A DNA stretch of 64,000 bases from Candidatus Latescibacterota bacterium (lineage in GTDB: Bacteria; Latescibacterota; UBA2968; UBA8231), in assembly GCA_965223905.1 (NCBI GenBank), contig CBDCXV010000011.1:256001-320000 (forward strand), in the 5' to 3' direction. The notes beneath the pieces are model-generated. The model searched no databases, was not told the origin of the DNA, and was given only the letters and a program-made list of their open reading frames with translations. Every line of letters begins with the position of its first letter. Within the stretch, counting starts at the first letter, position 1. The translations under genes were made by a program, and so were the position numbers. Positions 20,006-29,170 of the stretch are shown piece after piece.

Positions 20006-20476
20006 TCATGCCCCTTCCCGGGTTGTCGGAATCATCTCGGGATCCGGGGGCAGGTTGTAGATCTCTCGAGGGAAATGATCGGTCAGGAACGTGATCATCG
20101 CCTGTTGAGACAAATTACCGATCACCGCCCCGGATTCGTCGCGCACCGGGACGTTGCGGTAATCACCTGCATTCATCAGGTGCAGGGCGTGACCGACCGA
20201 TGTATCCGACGTAACTGACTGCGGATCGGCCGTCATCAGGTCATCGACTACGTTGTCGAGGGCGGATGGGTTGTCCGCTACCTTCAGCAAGACGTCTCGC
20301 TCGGTAAATATTCCGATGAGACCGTCTCCCTCGTCCTGGACAAGGATGGCACTGACTCGGCTTTGGCGCATCCGTACCAGCGCTTCCCGCACCTTGGCGC
20401 CGGTCTTGACGGTGGCGAAAGAGGTAAGATCGAGGTGGGCTACTCGCTGTTGCTGAAGATCGATTTCGACGGGCAT
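20006..20476 (-). CDS. CBS-pair protein
   Basis: GIFTERDVL, LMTADP, YRNVPV. Confidence 0.9.
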   Translation of the reverse strand: MPVEIDLQQQRVAHLDLTSFATVKTGAKVREALVRMRQSRVSAILVQDEGDGLIGIFTERDVLLKVADNPSALDNVVDDLMTADPQSVTSDTSVGHALHLMNAGDYRNVPVRDESGAVIGNLSQQAMITFLTDHFPREIYNLPPDPEMIPTTREGA

Positions 20477-20587
20477 GGAGGTTTGCGAAAACCGTGTAAT
20501 ACCTCGAAAACTATATGGTTACACCAATATACAATGGTGCAGTACGGCGTCAAGCGATCTGCATCCCGGCGTTATCCGGGAACGACT

Positions 20588-22915
20588 TTACACTGCACCT
20601 TCAGCCTTACTGTGAACCCCTTCGGCGACTACCAGGCCGCCGTCGGGGCCGCTGCCCGGACCAACAACTATGATCCAGTCTGCGCTTTGCAGCAGTTTAG
20701 GATGGCGATCGGCGACAATGACGGTGGCCTTTTTCGAAACAATCGCCGAGAGCAGATCTACCAGGATGGAGGCATCGTCCGGATGGGCTCCCGCGAGCGG
20801 AGCATCCAGAAGCAGCAGGTCCTTCTCCGATGCCCGCGAAAGGGCGACTTCGAGTTGAAGCCGGAGCCTTTCCGCCATCTCCAGCCTGCCGGTGGGCTGA
20901 CCCAAACGGTATTCCCCCATGCCGAATCGGGAGAGCGTTTCGAGTCGAAAGGCGATCCTGGATTCCCGGCTGAAATGCTGTCTTGCCTCATGCACGGTCA
21001 TGTCGAGGATATCGCTCGGCGAGCGGCCGCGGTGCGTGACCTCCAGAGCTTCTGCGGAGTACCTGCCTCCTTCACAGCCGGGGCAGGGAGCGGCCACATC
21101 GTCGAGAAAATCGATGGCGAAGCGGAGCTGGCCGTTGCCTTCGCATACCCGGCAGCGTCCACCCGGCCGGTCCAGGTGAAACCACTCCGGTTTCAGGCCG
21201 AGGGCTTCGGCAGTCGGCTGCCTGGAAAACAGGGCGGCAATCGGCCCCAGCAGTCCCAGTGTTTGAACGACTGGTACGTCCCCATGGCGCCGCAGATCCC
21301 GCAGGTCGGTCAGGCGACGGAGGTTCCCGGTCGACAGGGAGATCAAGCCGCGGCCAGCGCCCTCCCGACGCGCCCCCGAGCCTCCTCTCGCACCGGGAGG
21401 CCGCAGAGCTGGGGCAATTGCGTCTCGCAGCAGGCTGGTTGCCCCCGCTCCCGAGCTCCCGGTAACAACGACGAGCTTCCCCGTGGGGATCAAAATGTCG
21501 ATGGTACGCAGGTTGTTGCGCTTTCCATCTCCGGCGCCGCAGATGCGGATCGAGGCCGCTGAATCCCCAGCTCCGGAGCATTCGACCGGGCGGACGGTTT
21601 TCTCCCTCGCAGGTTCATCCATCGTCCGATCGGGCGCTAGTAAAGCCTCCCCGCTGCGGAAAGCGAAAACCTGGTCGCTGGCGGCGACCACCGGGGGAGC
21701 GTTGTCCATCACCACAACGGTGTTGCCGGCAGAAACCAGCTCACCGAGGGTCTGCATTGCCAGACACAGGTTTGCCTCGTCGAGACCGGAGCAGGGTTCC
21801 ACGATGTAGAGGATCCCGGTAAGGGACCTGCTGGCAGTCAGGGCAAGGACCAGCCGCAGCCACTCTCCCGAGGCCAGACCGGCAGTCGACCGCTGCAGCG
21901 GAACGTGATCCAGTCCCAGACCTGCAAGCTGGGAGAGCGTTCCTGCTGCCTCTTCAAGCACCCCTCGAGCGAGCGCGTCCCCTTTCACGGAGGTCGATTC
22001 GCCCACATACTCGAGCCAGCAGGCCGCCTGATCGATCCCCATCCCCAGGACATCTTCCGGCGCACTTCCCGCAAGCGATGATAGTACACGGCCGCTGTCG
22101 GAAACAGCATTGCCAGGCTCCGGCTGCTCTTCACCCGAGACGTCTGGAAACTCCCTGCAGCAAGACGTACAGGTGAGCTGCTGATTCAGGGATATGGTTT
22201 TTTTCTCGGCAACCAGCAAGGAGCGCCCGCCGGACATGGCACGGGCGGTGCGCAAGGCTTCGCCGATGCGATCGAGGGTATCCTCCCCGATTTCGACGCG
22301 GTCGACGACCACCTGCAAGGTATCCCCCAGCGGTGCCAGGGCGTCCGGAGCGACCTCCTCACTTCGTGCGACCTCGCCAGCGACCAGTATGCGGGCGAAC
22401 CCGGCTCGCCTGACTTCCTCGAGCACTGCCGCAGGCTCGACCTCTGCTTCCAATGCTACCGGGGCTACTACCAGCGCGCGGGTCCCCGCGAAGTATTCGA
22501 CCGCATGCCGTGCCGCCTCTGCCACAGAATACCCCGCGCAGCTGCCACCGCAGGCGGGACACGCCCACTCCCCATGTCGCTCGAACAGCAGGTCGACCAC
22601 CTCCGTAAACCGGATGAATTCCGCAATCCTTCGACGAGGAGGGGTTCCGGGAAGCAGAACCGCGGGTGGAAGTCCCAGGATCTCGTCCACTTCCGCTTTC
22701 TGCAGACCGTCGTGGTATTCGCGCTCGAAAGTGGATAGTGCCTGCAGGTAGCGCCGCCTCCCCTCGCGATACAGAACGTCGACCGCAAGCGTCCGGGCAC
22801 CGCATCCCGCCGGGCCCGTGAAGCAGATGAGCTGGCCGAGCGGAATCTCGAGATTCACTCCTTGCAGACATCCTTCGCGTGCACCGCGGATAGCGATCAC
22901 GCCCCTTTCACTCAC
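20588..22915 (-). CDS. UvrA-like protein with degenerate ATPase motifs
   Basis: UvrA scaffold (IRGARE, LYREGRRRY, VVVDR, GGRCRVCEG..CPGCEGGRY, DILDMTV, ADWII..GPGSGPDGG); GTG start after an AAGGAGG RBS. Confidence 0.88.
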   Translation of the reverse strand: MSERGVIAIRGAREGCLQGVNLEIPLGQLICFTGPAGCGARTLAVDVLYREGRRRYLQALSTFEREYHDGLQKAEVDEILGLPPAVLLPGTPPRRRIAEFIRFTEVVDLLFERHGEWACPACGGSCAGYSVAEAARHAVEYFAGTRALVVAPVALEAEVEPAAVLEEVRRAGFARILVAGEVARSEEVAPDALAPLGDTLQVVVDRVEIGEDTLDRIGEALRTARAMSGGRSLLVAEKKTISLNQQLTCTSCCREFPDVSGEEQPEPGNAVSDSGRVLSSLAGSAPEDVLGMGIDQAACWLEYVGESTSVKGDALARGVLEEAAGTLSQLAGLGLDHVPLQRSTAGLASGEWLRLVLALTASRSLTGILYIVEPCSGLDEANLCLAMQTLGELVSAGNTVVVMDNAPPVVAASDQVFAFRSGEALLAPDRTMDEPAREKTVRPVECSGAGDSAASIRICGAGDGKRNNLRTIDILIPTGKLVVVTGSSGAGATSLLRDAIAPALRPPGARGGSGARREGAGRGLISLSTGNLRRLTDLRDLRRHGDVPVVQTLGLLGPIAALFSRQPTAEALGLKPEWFHLDRPGGRCRVCEGNGQLRFAIDFLDDVAAPCPGCEGGRYSAEALEVTHRGRSPSDILDMTVHEARQHFSRESRIAFRLETLSRFGMGEYRLGQPTGRLEMAERLRLQLEVALSRASEKDLLLLDAPLAGAHPDDASILVDLLSAIVSKKATVIVADRHPKLLQSADWIIVVGPGSGPDGGLVVAEGVHSKAEGAV

Positions 22916-23115
22916 CTGCCCCTCCTTGGATCGCGAGCAGCCGGGGGGATGCATCTGACCCCGAACCGCCTTGTGCCACTGGGTTTGCTTCGTCTTGACG
23001 CCCCTTTCCAGCTGCCGTATGATTCGGCTGTACTGACCTCGCAGCAGGCAACAGTTCGTTGCCGGCCGGCCTGATGCCGACTCCACTCCCCTTACTGCAA
23101 CTGGAGATCGAGTTC

Positions 23116-24102
23116 ATGCTGGATTCCATGCACGACGGCGAAAACGCCATTCGCCTTTACTTCAGCGACATAACCGACTCCAAGCCGCTCTCGCGCGAAC
23201 GCGAGGTCGAGCTATCGGCGCGCATAAACAAGGGTGACATGGAAGCCCGCAACGAGCTCGTACAGGCGAACCTGCGCTTTGTCATCGACGTGGCCAAGAA
23301 CTACCAGAACCGCGGCCTGTCGCTGCCGGACCTGATCAGCGCAGGCAACCTCGGCTTGTTGACCGCGGCGGAGCGCTTCGACGGCACGCGAGGTTTCAAG
23401 TTCATCTCGTACGCGGTCTGGTGGATCCGCCAATCCATTCTGCAGGCAGTGGCCGACCAGGCTCGAACCGTTCGCCTACCGCTGAACAAGCTTTCTCAGC
23501 TGAGGGAGATTTCCGAAGCGGCCCGCAAGCTCGGGCAAGGACGCGAGAACGAGCCGAACGTAGATGACATAGCCGAAGAACTCGAGATACCTGCGCAGGA
23601 TGTCGTAAACACGCTGTTGAGCGGACGAAGCGTTCGCTCGCTCGATGAAACCTTCGAAAAGGACGACGACCGAAACCTGCTCGATACCCTGACCGATGCC
23701 GCTCAGAGCATGCCGGACAGCGGCCTTGTCGGGGAATCTGCACGCGCCCAGATCGATGAGATCCTGCAGCACCTCGACGGGCGGGAAGGATATGTCATCT
23801 TACGCTACTTCGGCCTAGACGGCGACGAGCCGCTGACCCTCGACCAGATAGGGGACCAGCTGGGTGTTACCCGCGAGCGCATCCGGCAGATCAAAGAAAG
23901 GGCACTGAGCCGCCTGCGTCACCCGTCCTGCTACCCCCCTTTCTTCGGGGGGATCTCGCTGCCCGGGCTGCCCGAACTCGAAGAACCTGAACTACCCGGC
24001 TATCCGCCCCTGGAAGAGGGGCCGTCACTCGACCACTTTGCCGCGGAACCCCCGGAAACAGGTGCCCCGCTCGATACGGACTTACCGGAGAACGATTTAT
24101 AG
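23116..24102 (+). CDS. RNA polymerase sigma-70 factor, short RpoD/RpoS-like
   Basis: LVQANLRFVIDVAKNY, DLISAGNLGL, RGFKFISYAVWWIRQ, TRERIRQIKERAL; GGAG RBS. Confidence 0.95.
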   Translation: MLDSMHDGENAIRLYFSDITDSKPLSREREVELSARINKGDMEARNELVQANLRFVIDVAKNYQNRGLSLPDLISAGNLGLLTAAERFDGTRGFKFISYAVWWIRQSILQAVADQARTVRLPLNKLSQLREISEAARKLGQGRENEPNVDDIAEELEIPAQDVVNTLLSGRSVRSLDETFEKDDDRNLLDTLTDAAQSMPDSGLVGESARAQIDEILQHLDGREGYVILRYFGLDGDEPLTLDQIGDQLGVTRERIRQIKERALSRLRHPSCYPPFFGGISLPGLPELEEPELPGYPPLEEGPSLDHFAAEPPETGAPLDTDLPENDL

Positions 24103-24115
24103 TTCTAGCTTCTCG

Positions 24116-24931
24116 TTGCGTGCCGTTCTGCAACTCCTCGTCGCGGTTCTGCCGCTCGAGGCCGTTGCGGGGGAAACTCCAGTCGCTCCCTTCCCCCACG
24201 ATATTCTCGACCGCGTCCTGAACAAGCACGTAGCAAACACAGGTGCGGTGGACTATCGCGCCCTGAGTTCCCAGCCTGGCGACCTCGAAACCTACGTCGA
24301 CAGCCTTGCCCTGGTAAGCCCCCAATCCCACGACAGTCGATTCTCCCGACCAGGCGACAGACTCGCCTACTGGATCAATGCCTACAACGCTCTGGTCCTG
24401 AAGGGGGTGGTTGCCGCATATCCCGTTGCCAGCGTTATGGCGGTCGGAACCGAGGGCTGGTTCTTCCGGGATCAGAAGTTCGTCCTAGGTGGAGTGGAAA
24501 TGACCCTCGATCACCTGGAGAACCGGATCATCCGTCCGGAATTCAGAGATGCGCGTATTCACTTCGCCATCAACTGCGCCGCAGCGAGCTGTCCGCCGCT
24601 CGAGAATCGGGTCTTCGACGGCCCCACTCTCGAGCAGCGCCTCGATGGGGTGACAAGACGGTTTGCCCGCACTGCGTCCCACGTGCGCATAGACGGTGGT
24701 GGAAAGACCATCTACCTATCGAAACTCCTCGAGTGGTTCGCCACGGATTTCGAAGCGGGGTTTTCACCGCGGAATCCGGATGAACCCCGGACGCTGAGCC
24801 CGCAGCTCCGCTTCCTCCTCCCCTATCTGCAGGAGAGCGACGCGGAATACCTGCAGGCGAATCCCGACGTCGCCGTCACCTTCGTCGAATACGACTGGGC
24901 TCTGAACGACAGGGAACATTCCGAGCCCTGA
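24116..24931 (+). CDS. Exported DUF547-like protein
   Basis: VDYRAL, LAYWINAYNA, TLDHLENRIIR, DARIHFAINCAAASCP, YDWALN; start uncertain. Confidence 0.85.
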   Translation: MRAVLQLLVAVLPLEAVAGETPVAPFPHDILDRVLNKHVANTGAVDYRALSSQPGDLETYVDSLALVSPQSHDSRFSRPGDRLAYWINAYNALVLKGVVAAYPVASVMAVGTEGWFFRDQKFVLGGVEMTLDHLENRIIRPEFRDARIHFAINCAAASCPPLENRVFDGPTLEQRLDGVTRRFARTASHVRIDGGGKTIYLSKLLEWFATDFEAGFSPRNPDEPRTLSPQLRFLLPYLQESDAEYLQANPDVAVTFVEYDWALNDREHSEP

Positions 24932-24952
24932 ACCGGACCGGACCAGAAGCTA

Positions 24953-26061
24953 GTGCATAATTGCATTAATTATCGTTATAACGTATATTGGGGTTATGCC
25001 CCGAAAAGCTACCCCCATTTCGTTGACGGAAGAGGATCGGGCCACCCTGGAGCTCTGGGCGCGGTCGGCTACCAGCGAACAGCGGTTCGCTTTGCGTGCG
25101 CGCATCATCCTGGCGGCCGCCTCCGGTCAACCGACCGATGCGATCGCGCAGCGGCTGAGGATGCGCACGGCCACTGTGAGCAAGTGGCGAACGCGCTTTG
25201 CCCGCCACGGCCTGGGCGGCCTGCAGGATGCGCCGCGGCCCGGTCAGCCGAAACGGTATGATGAAGAAACCGAGCACCGCATCCTCGACCTGGTGTCGCA
25301 GCCGCCGCCGGCCGGGCACGCGACCTGGACCGCCGCCCTGGTGGCCGAGACGTTGGGAGAGGTGTCCGTCCATCATGTGTGGAGAGTGCTGGGTCAGCAT
25401 AAGATCTACCTGCAAAGGCGACGCTCGTATTGCGTAAGCACCGACCCGGAATTCGCCGCCAAAGCGGCCGACATCGTCGGCTTGTATCTCGACCCGCCGG
25501 AGAACGCGGTGGTGGTGTGTGTCGACGAGAAGCCGTCCATCCAGGCGCTGGAGCGCGCCCAGGGCTATTTGCGTCTGCCCCGGGGTGCGGCGCTGAGCGG
25601 CTTCAGCCATCGCTACCAACGCCACGGCACCACGACCCTGTTTGCCGCCCTCGAGGTGGCCACCGGCCACATCCAGGCCGGGCACGCCAAGAGACGCCGG
25701 CGCCGGGAGTTCCTCGACTTCATGAACGACGTGGTGGCCGCCTATCCGGCCGGCCAGACCCTCCACGTGATCCTGGACAACCTCAACACCCACAAGCCCA
25801 AGCGCGACCGCTGGTTGGCGCGCCATCCCAACGTTCACTTCCACTTTACGCCCACCAATGCGTGCTGGCTCAACCTCATCGAAATCTGGTTCAGCATCCT
25901 CAGCCGCCGCGCCTTGCACGGAGCCAGCTTTACCTCGCCCCGACAGCTGCGCAACGCCATCGCCGCCTACAATGCCAAGGCCCACCCCTGCGAGTGGAAG
26001 AAACAGAGGGTGTACCCGGGCAGGCTCCATGATACGTACGCTGAATTATGCAATTAGGCAC
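24953..26061 (+). mobile_element. IS630-family insertion sequence
   Basis: Imperfect TIRs GTGCATAATTGCAT / ATGCAATTAGGCAC, flanked by TA (24951-52, 26062-63) in CTAG contexts. Confidence 0.92.
24996..26057 (+). CDS. IS630 transposase
   Basis: HTH (TVSKWRTRF..GL.DAPRPG); DDE motifs CVDEKPSIQ, VILDNLNTHK, WLNLIEIWF. Confidence 0.95.
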   Translation: MPRKATPISLTEEDRATLELWARSATSEQRFALRARIILAAASGQPTDAIAQRLRMRTATVSKWRTRFARHGLGGLQDAPRPGQPKRYDEETEHRILDLVSQPPPAGHATWTAALVAETLGEVSVHHVWRVLGQHKIYLQRRRSYCVSTDPEFAAKAADIVGLYLDPPENAVVVCVDEKPSIQALERAQGYLRLPRGAALSGFSHRYQRHGTTTLFAALEVATGHIQAGHAKRRRRREFLDFMNDVVAAYPAGQTLHVILDNLNTHKPKRDRWLARHPNVHFHFTPTNACWLNLIEIWFSILSRRALHGASFTSPRQLRNAIAAYNAKAHPCEWKKQRVYPGRLHDTYAELCN

Positions 26062-26903
26062 TAGGTGAAAAAGGGATTGCTCGCCCTTTCTTCCCCCACG
26101 GTCGTCGCCGGTCCATGTCCCGGATAAAGGATCACCTGTTCGTCGAGCCCTAGGATGGCTTGGCGAACCGCCTGGCGCTGCTTCTCGTACGCTGCCCGAC
26201 TTTGCGTGCCCCCGAGTGATCCGGCAAACAGGGCATCCCCCACAAAGGCGAACTGGTCGTGCACGATGGTCATCCCTCCCGGCGTGTGTCCCCCAGTGGC
26301 GGTCACTCTGAACCGGAGATTCCCCACCACCAAAATCTGCCCTTCCACCAACTCACCTTCGATCTTGGTGCGCAGACTCCCGAGCATGGCGGAATCCGCA
26401 TGACTGATGAAGGCAGGTGCGCTTGTCGCCTGACACACCTCGGACAGCGCGCCAGTGTGATCTCCATGACCGTGGGTGAGAAGCACTGAGACGATGTCGA
26501 GACCCAGCGTCTCGACGGTCTTCAGTATTTTTTCCGCCTCGAATCCCGGATCGATGACCGTTCCCTGCCGGGTCTCGGCGCAGCCGACGACGTAGCCGTT
26601 CATCAGGAAATCACTGCCGAGAACCAACATTTCCACCACCGCCCCTTCGACGGGACGCCCTGCCGGGAAAAGCGGAAGATATCGTTTCCCCGCACTCCCC
26701 CGGAGTTTGTCGCGATGAAGGCCAAGGCTGTCGGCGAGGCGGTCGACCCCCTCGATGTCAGGCGTCAGGCGGTACGCCTCGATTTCGTTCAACTCTTCCA
26801 CACTCAGTCCGGACAGACCGGAAAGCTGCTCCGCAGACATCTCCTGTCCCCGACGCGCTTTACCGACCACGTCCCCGAACTCGTCCTCAAGCTGCATGTA
26901 CAT
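26061..26903 (-). CDS. XRE-like HTH fused to MBL-fold metallohydrolase
   Basis: N-term GKARRGQEMSAEQLSGLSGLSVEELNEIE; THGHGDH, GHTPG, GDALF, PGHG. Confidence 0.88.
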   Translation of the reverse strand: MYMQLEDEFGDVVGKARRGQEMSAEQLSGLSGLSVEELNEIEAYRLTPDIEGVDRLADSLGLHRDKLRGSAGKRYLPLFPAGRPVEGAVVEMLVLGSDFLMNGYVVGCAETRQGTVIDPGFEAEKILKTVETLGLDIVSVLLTHGHGDHTGALSEVCQATSAPAFISHADSAMLGSLRTKIEGELVEGQILVVGNLRFRVTATGGHTPGGMTIVHDQFAFVGDALFAGSLGGTQSRAAYEKQRQAVRQAILGLDEQVILYPGHGPATTVGEERASNPFFT

Positions 26904-26940
26904 GCTGCATCCCTTTCCCTTGGTCCCCGTCGGTTCGAGG

Positions 26941-26971
<31 letters not shown>

Positions 26972-26981
26972 CGAGGCGCTT

Positions 26982-27602
26982 CTATTCCCCCAGATCGAGG
27001 GAAGTCACCAGTCGCTCGAAATCGCTGACCCAGAGACCGACGGAGGACTGTGAACCTGTCAGCTTCAAGTGGTAAACGGTACTTCCTGCCTGTACAATGG
27101 CGGCAAGCATGCGGAATTCGGGTATAGTTTTGCCTGCCATCGGACCCATACCCCCCATGAAGGTGCCGCTGATATCGACCATTGTCGCGGTGATTTCGCT
27201 GCCCCCGGAGACTTCCCAGCGATGTGACACCTTGGCGGTCGACGTCCCGTCCGGCTGTTCGAACTGGCCGTACCAGCGATTCACGTTGTCCTCGGTGCTG
27301 CCTCCTATTCCGGCGAAAACCGCCAATTCGGCGTCGCCGGCGGACGATCCTTCCGGTGCGGGAAGAACGTACTCTGCGATCCGCATGCTGCTGGAGGGAG
27401 GCCTCGGCCTCCACCCTTCCGGCACTTTGACGAGCAGGTTTCCCCAGCGTTCCCCGGAAGCAACGGCTGGACCGCCGGTGCTTCCGGGAAGCGGTGAAAG
27501 CCCCTTTTCACGCAACGCTTCATTCACCGGTTTTTCGCTGTAGTTCTGACTGCAGGCAAGCAGCGACAGGGGAATAATACACCTAATTAAGTAACTTCCC
27601 AT
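26982..27602 (-). CDS. Lipoprotein of unknown function
   Basis: Lipobox LLAC; VPEGW, SSMRIAEY, GGSTEDNVNRWYGQF. Confidence 0.75.
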   Translation of the reverse strand: MGSYLIRCIIPLSLLACSQNYSEKPVNEALREKGLSPLPGSTGGPAVASGERWGNLLVKVPEGWRPRPPSSSMRIAEYVLPAPEGSSAGDAELAVFAGIGGSTEDNVNRWYGQFEQPDGTSTAKVSHRWEVSGGSEITATMVDISGTFMGGMGPMAGKTIPEFRMLAAIVQAGSTVYHLKLTGSQSSVGLWVSDFERLVTSLDLGE

Positions 27603-27706
27603 ACTATCACTCCCGTAACAAATTACACTGACAAAACTACATGGTTTCGGGGCTGCGGTCGATAATCGGGAGGAGAACGCAGTTCCGGCGAAGTATCAGA
27701 CCGTTG

Positions 27707-28282
27707 TCAGCTTCGCTGCCGGTAGAGATCGGGATTCACAACGTCGGCCATCGCCTCGACATCGAGCCCTCCCCCGAGAAACTCACATACCCTCGACGCC
27801 TCACCGCGAGGGTCGGCATGCACCTCTCCGAATCGGAGGTAAAGAACCTGGAAATTCCCCGCATGTTCTCGCAGCCATTTGTCCATGGCTTTTAGGTGGT
27901 TCTCGAATGCGGCGCGCAAGCCTGCCTCGGCTTCTCGACTGGTGCTCTTTCCACCGCGGGCAAGCATTTGCCTCTGGGAGGACAGAAGCTCATCGAGGTC
28001 GCGGAGCATGAAGATCACGTGGTAGCGGCGGTCCCGCGGCAGGTCCTGCAGTAGCCAGGAGATCACCTTGACCGCCTTTCCGGCCGCTTGATCGAGGAAC
28101 CCCGGATTCTTGGACATCACCTTTACCGGTTCGAACTCGAAGTACCCCTCAGGATTGTCGCAGTCGGCACCGCGAATCCCGTCAGTGAGGGGCGGTACTC
28201 CGCCGGCGGCGAGCATTTTCATCATCATCGAGGTCCCTGATCTCGGGATTCCCGAAACCACGACAGGTTCGCTCCGAATCAC
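27707..28282 (-). CDS. Sulfotransferase family protein
   Basis: PAPS-binding loop SGIPRSGTSMMM, NPEGYFE, IFMLRD. Confidence 0.85.
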   Translation of the reverse strand: MIRSEPVVVSGIPRSGTSMMMKMLAAGGVPPLTDGIRGADCDNPEGYFEFEPVKVMSKNPGFLDQAAGKAVKVISWLLQDLPRDRRYHVIFMLRDLDELLSSQRQMLARGGKSTSREAEAGLRAAFENHLKAMDKWLREHAGNFQVLYLRFGEVHADPRGEASRVCEFLGGGLDVEAMADVVNPDLYRQRS

Positions 28283-28436
28283 CCCTCCCGCCTGTCTCGC
28301 TGTTAGACCTCGATCTTTGAGGATGGGTTCGCTCCCAAGGGCCTCATCCCCTTGATCCGCTTTTCAAAGTAGGGGAAGAAAACGTGCTCAGGCAGGGCCG
28401 TGGGCACACCGACGGACCCTGACGCGATGGATTCCT

Positions 28437-29066
28437 TCAGAAATTGAAGACGATGCCGGCACTGATCTCGTTGTACTGCGCTATGTAGTCCTCGGTCTCG
28501 AGGTCGGCTCCCGAAATTTCCTCAACCTGCCTAGCAGCCTCGGCGACCACGGCCCCTCTAACGGAAAACACCTGGTATTGACGGAGGTCGAACCGTATAT
28601 CAAACCGCTCCTGAACCTGGTATCGAATTCCACCGCCATAACTCAACGCAGTGTTCGTTTGCAGTTCGGACACGGCATTCAGCGCCCGCAGGAGGTCGGC
28701 GTCATCTATGTTCCCGGGGGGATCCGTGGCAGTCAGGGTCACTGCTCCCAAGCCGACCCCGGCAAACGGCTTCAGGTCGCCGGTCGGGAAATTGACCAGG
28801 AAGCGGCCTTCGTAGAATACCGCGGTCGTGGTCGTCTCCTCCACCCCGTGAATGTTCCGGGTTGGCCGCGAGATCAACAGTGAGGTTTCGCCTCCGAAGG
28901 TCGACCCTGATCTGCCCCAACGCAGGCCGAACCCGGGGGCGCTCTCCAGATTGACGTCCTCGTCGAACTCCACTGTACCCGCGAAGGCCGACAGGTCTGC
29001 CCCGGCCGGCACCGTCGCCAGGGTGGCTGCAAGGACAGCGGCGGCGGCAGTTCGGCGAGCTCGCAT
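28437..29066 (-). CDS. Outer membrane beta-barrel protein
   Basis: Signal peptide, PFAGVGLG, YGGGIRY, C-terminal F; AAGGAG RBS. Confidence 0.8.
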   Translation of the reverse strand: MRARRTAAAAVLAATLATVPAGADLSAFAGTVEFDEDVNLESAPGFGLRWGRSGSTFGGETSLLISRPTRNIHGVEETTTTAVFYEGRFLVNFPTGDLKPFAGVGLGAVTLTATDPPGNIDDADLLRALNAVSELQTNTALSYGGGIRYQVQERFDIRFDLRQYQVFSVRGAVVAEAARQVEEISGADLETEDYIAQYNEISAGIVFNF

Positions 29067-29170
29067 CGTGCAACTCCTTGTGGGAAACATAGTTGTCCAC
29101 AGTTGGAAACGGCTTCTGGCTCGAATGGTACCGAAGCCCACCTCGATACGCAAGCAGCGATGCCCTTCGC

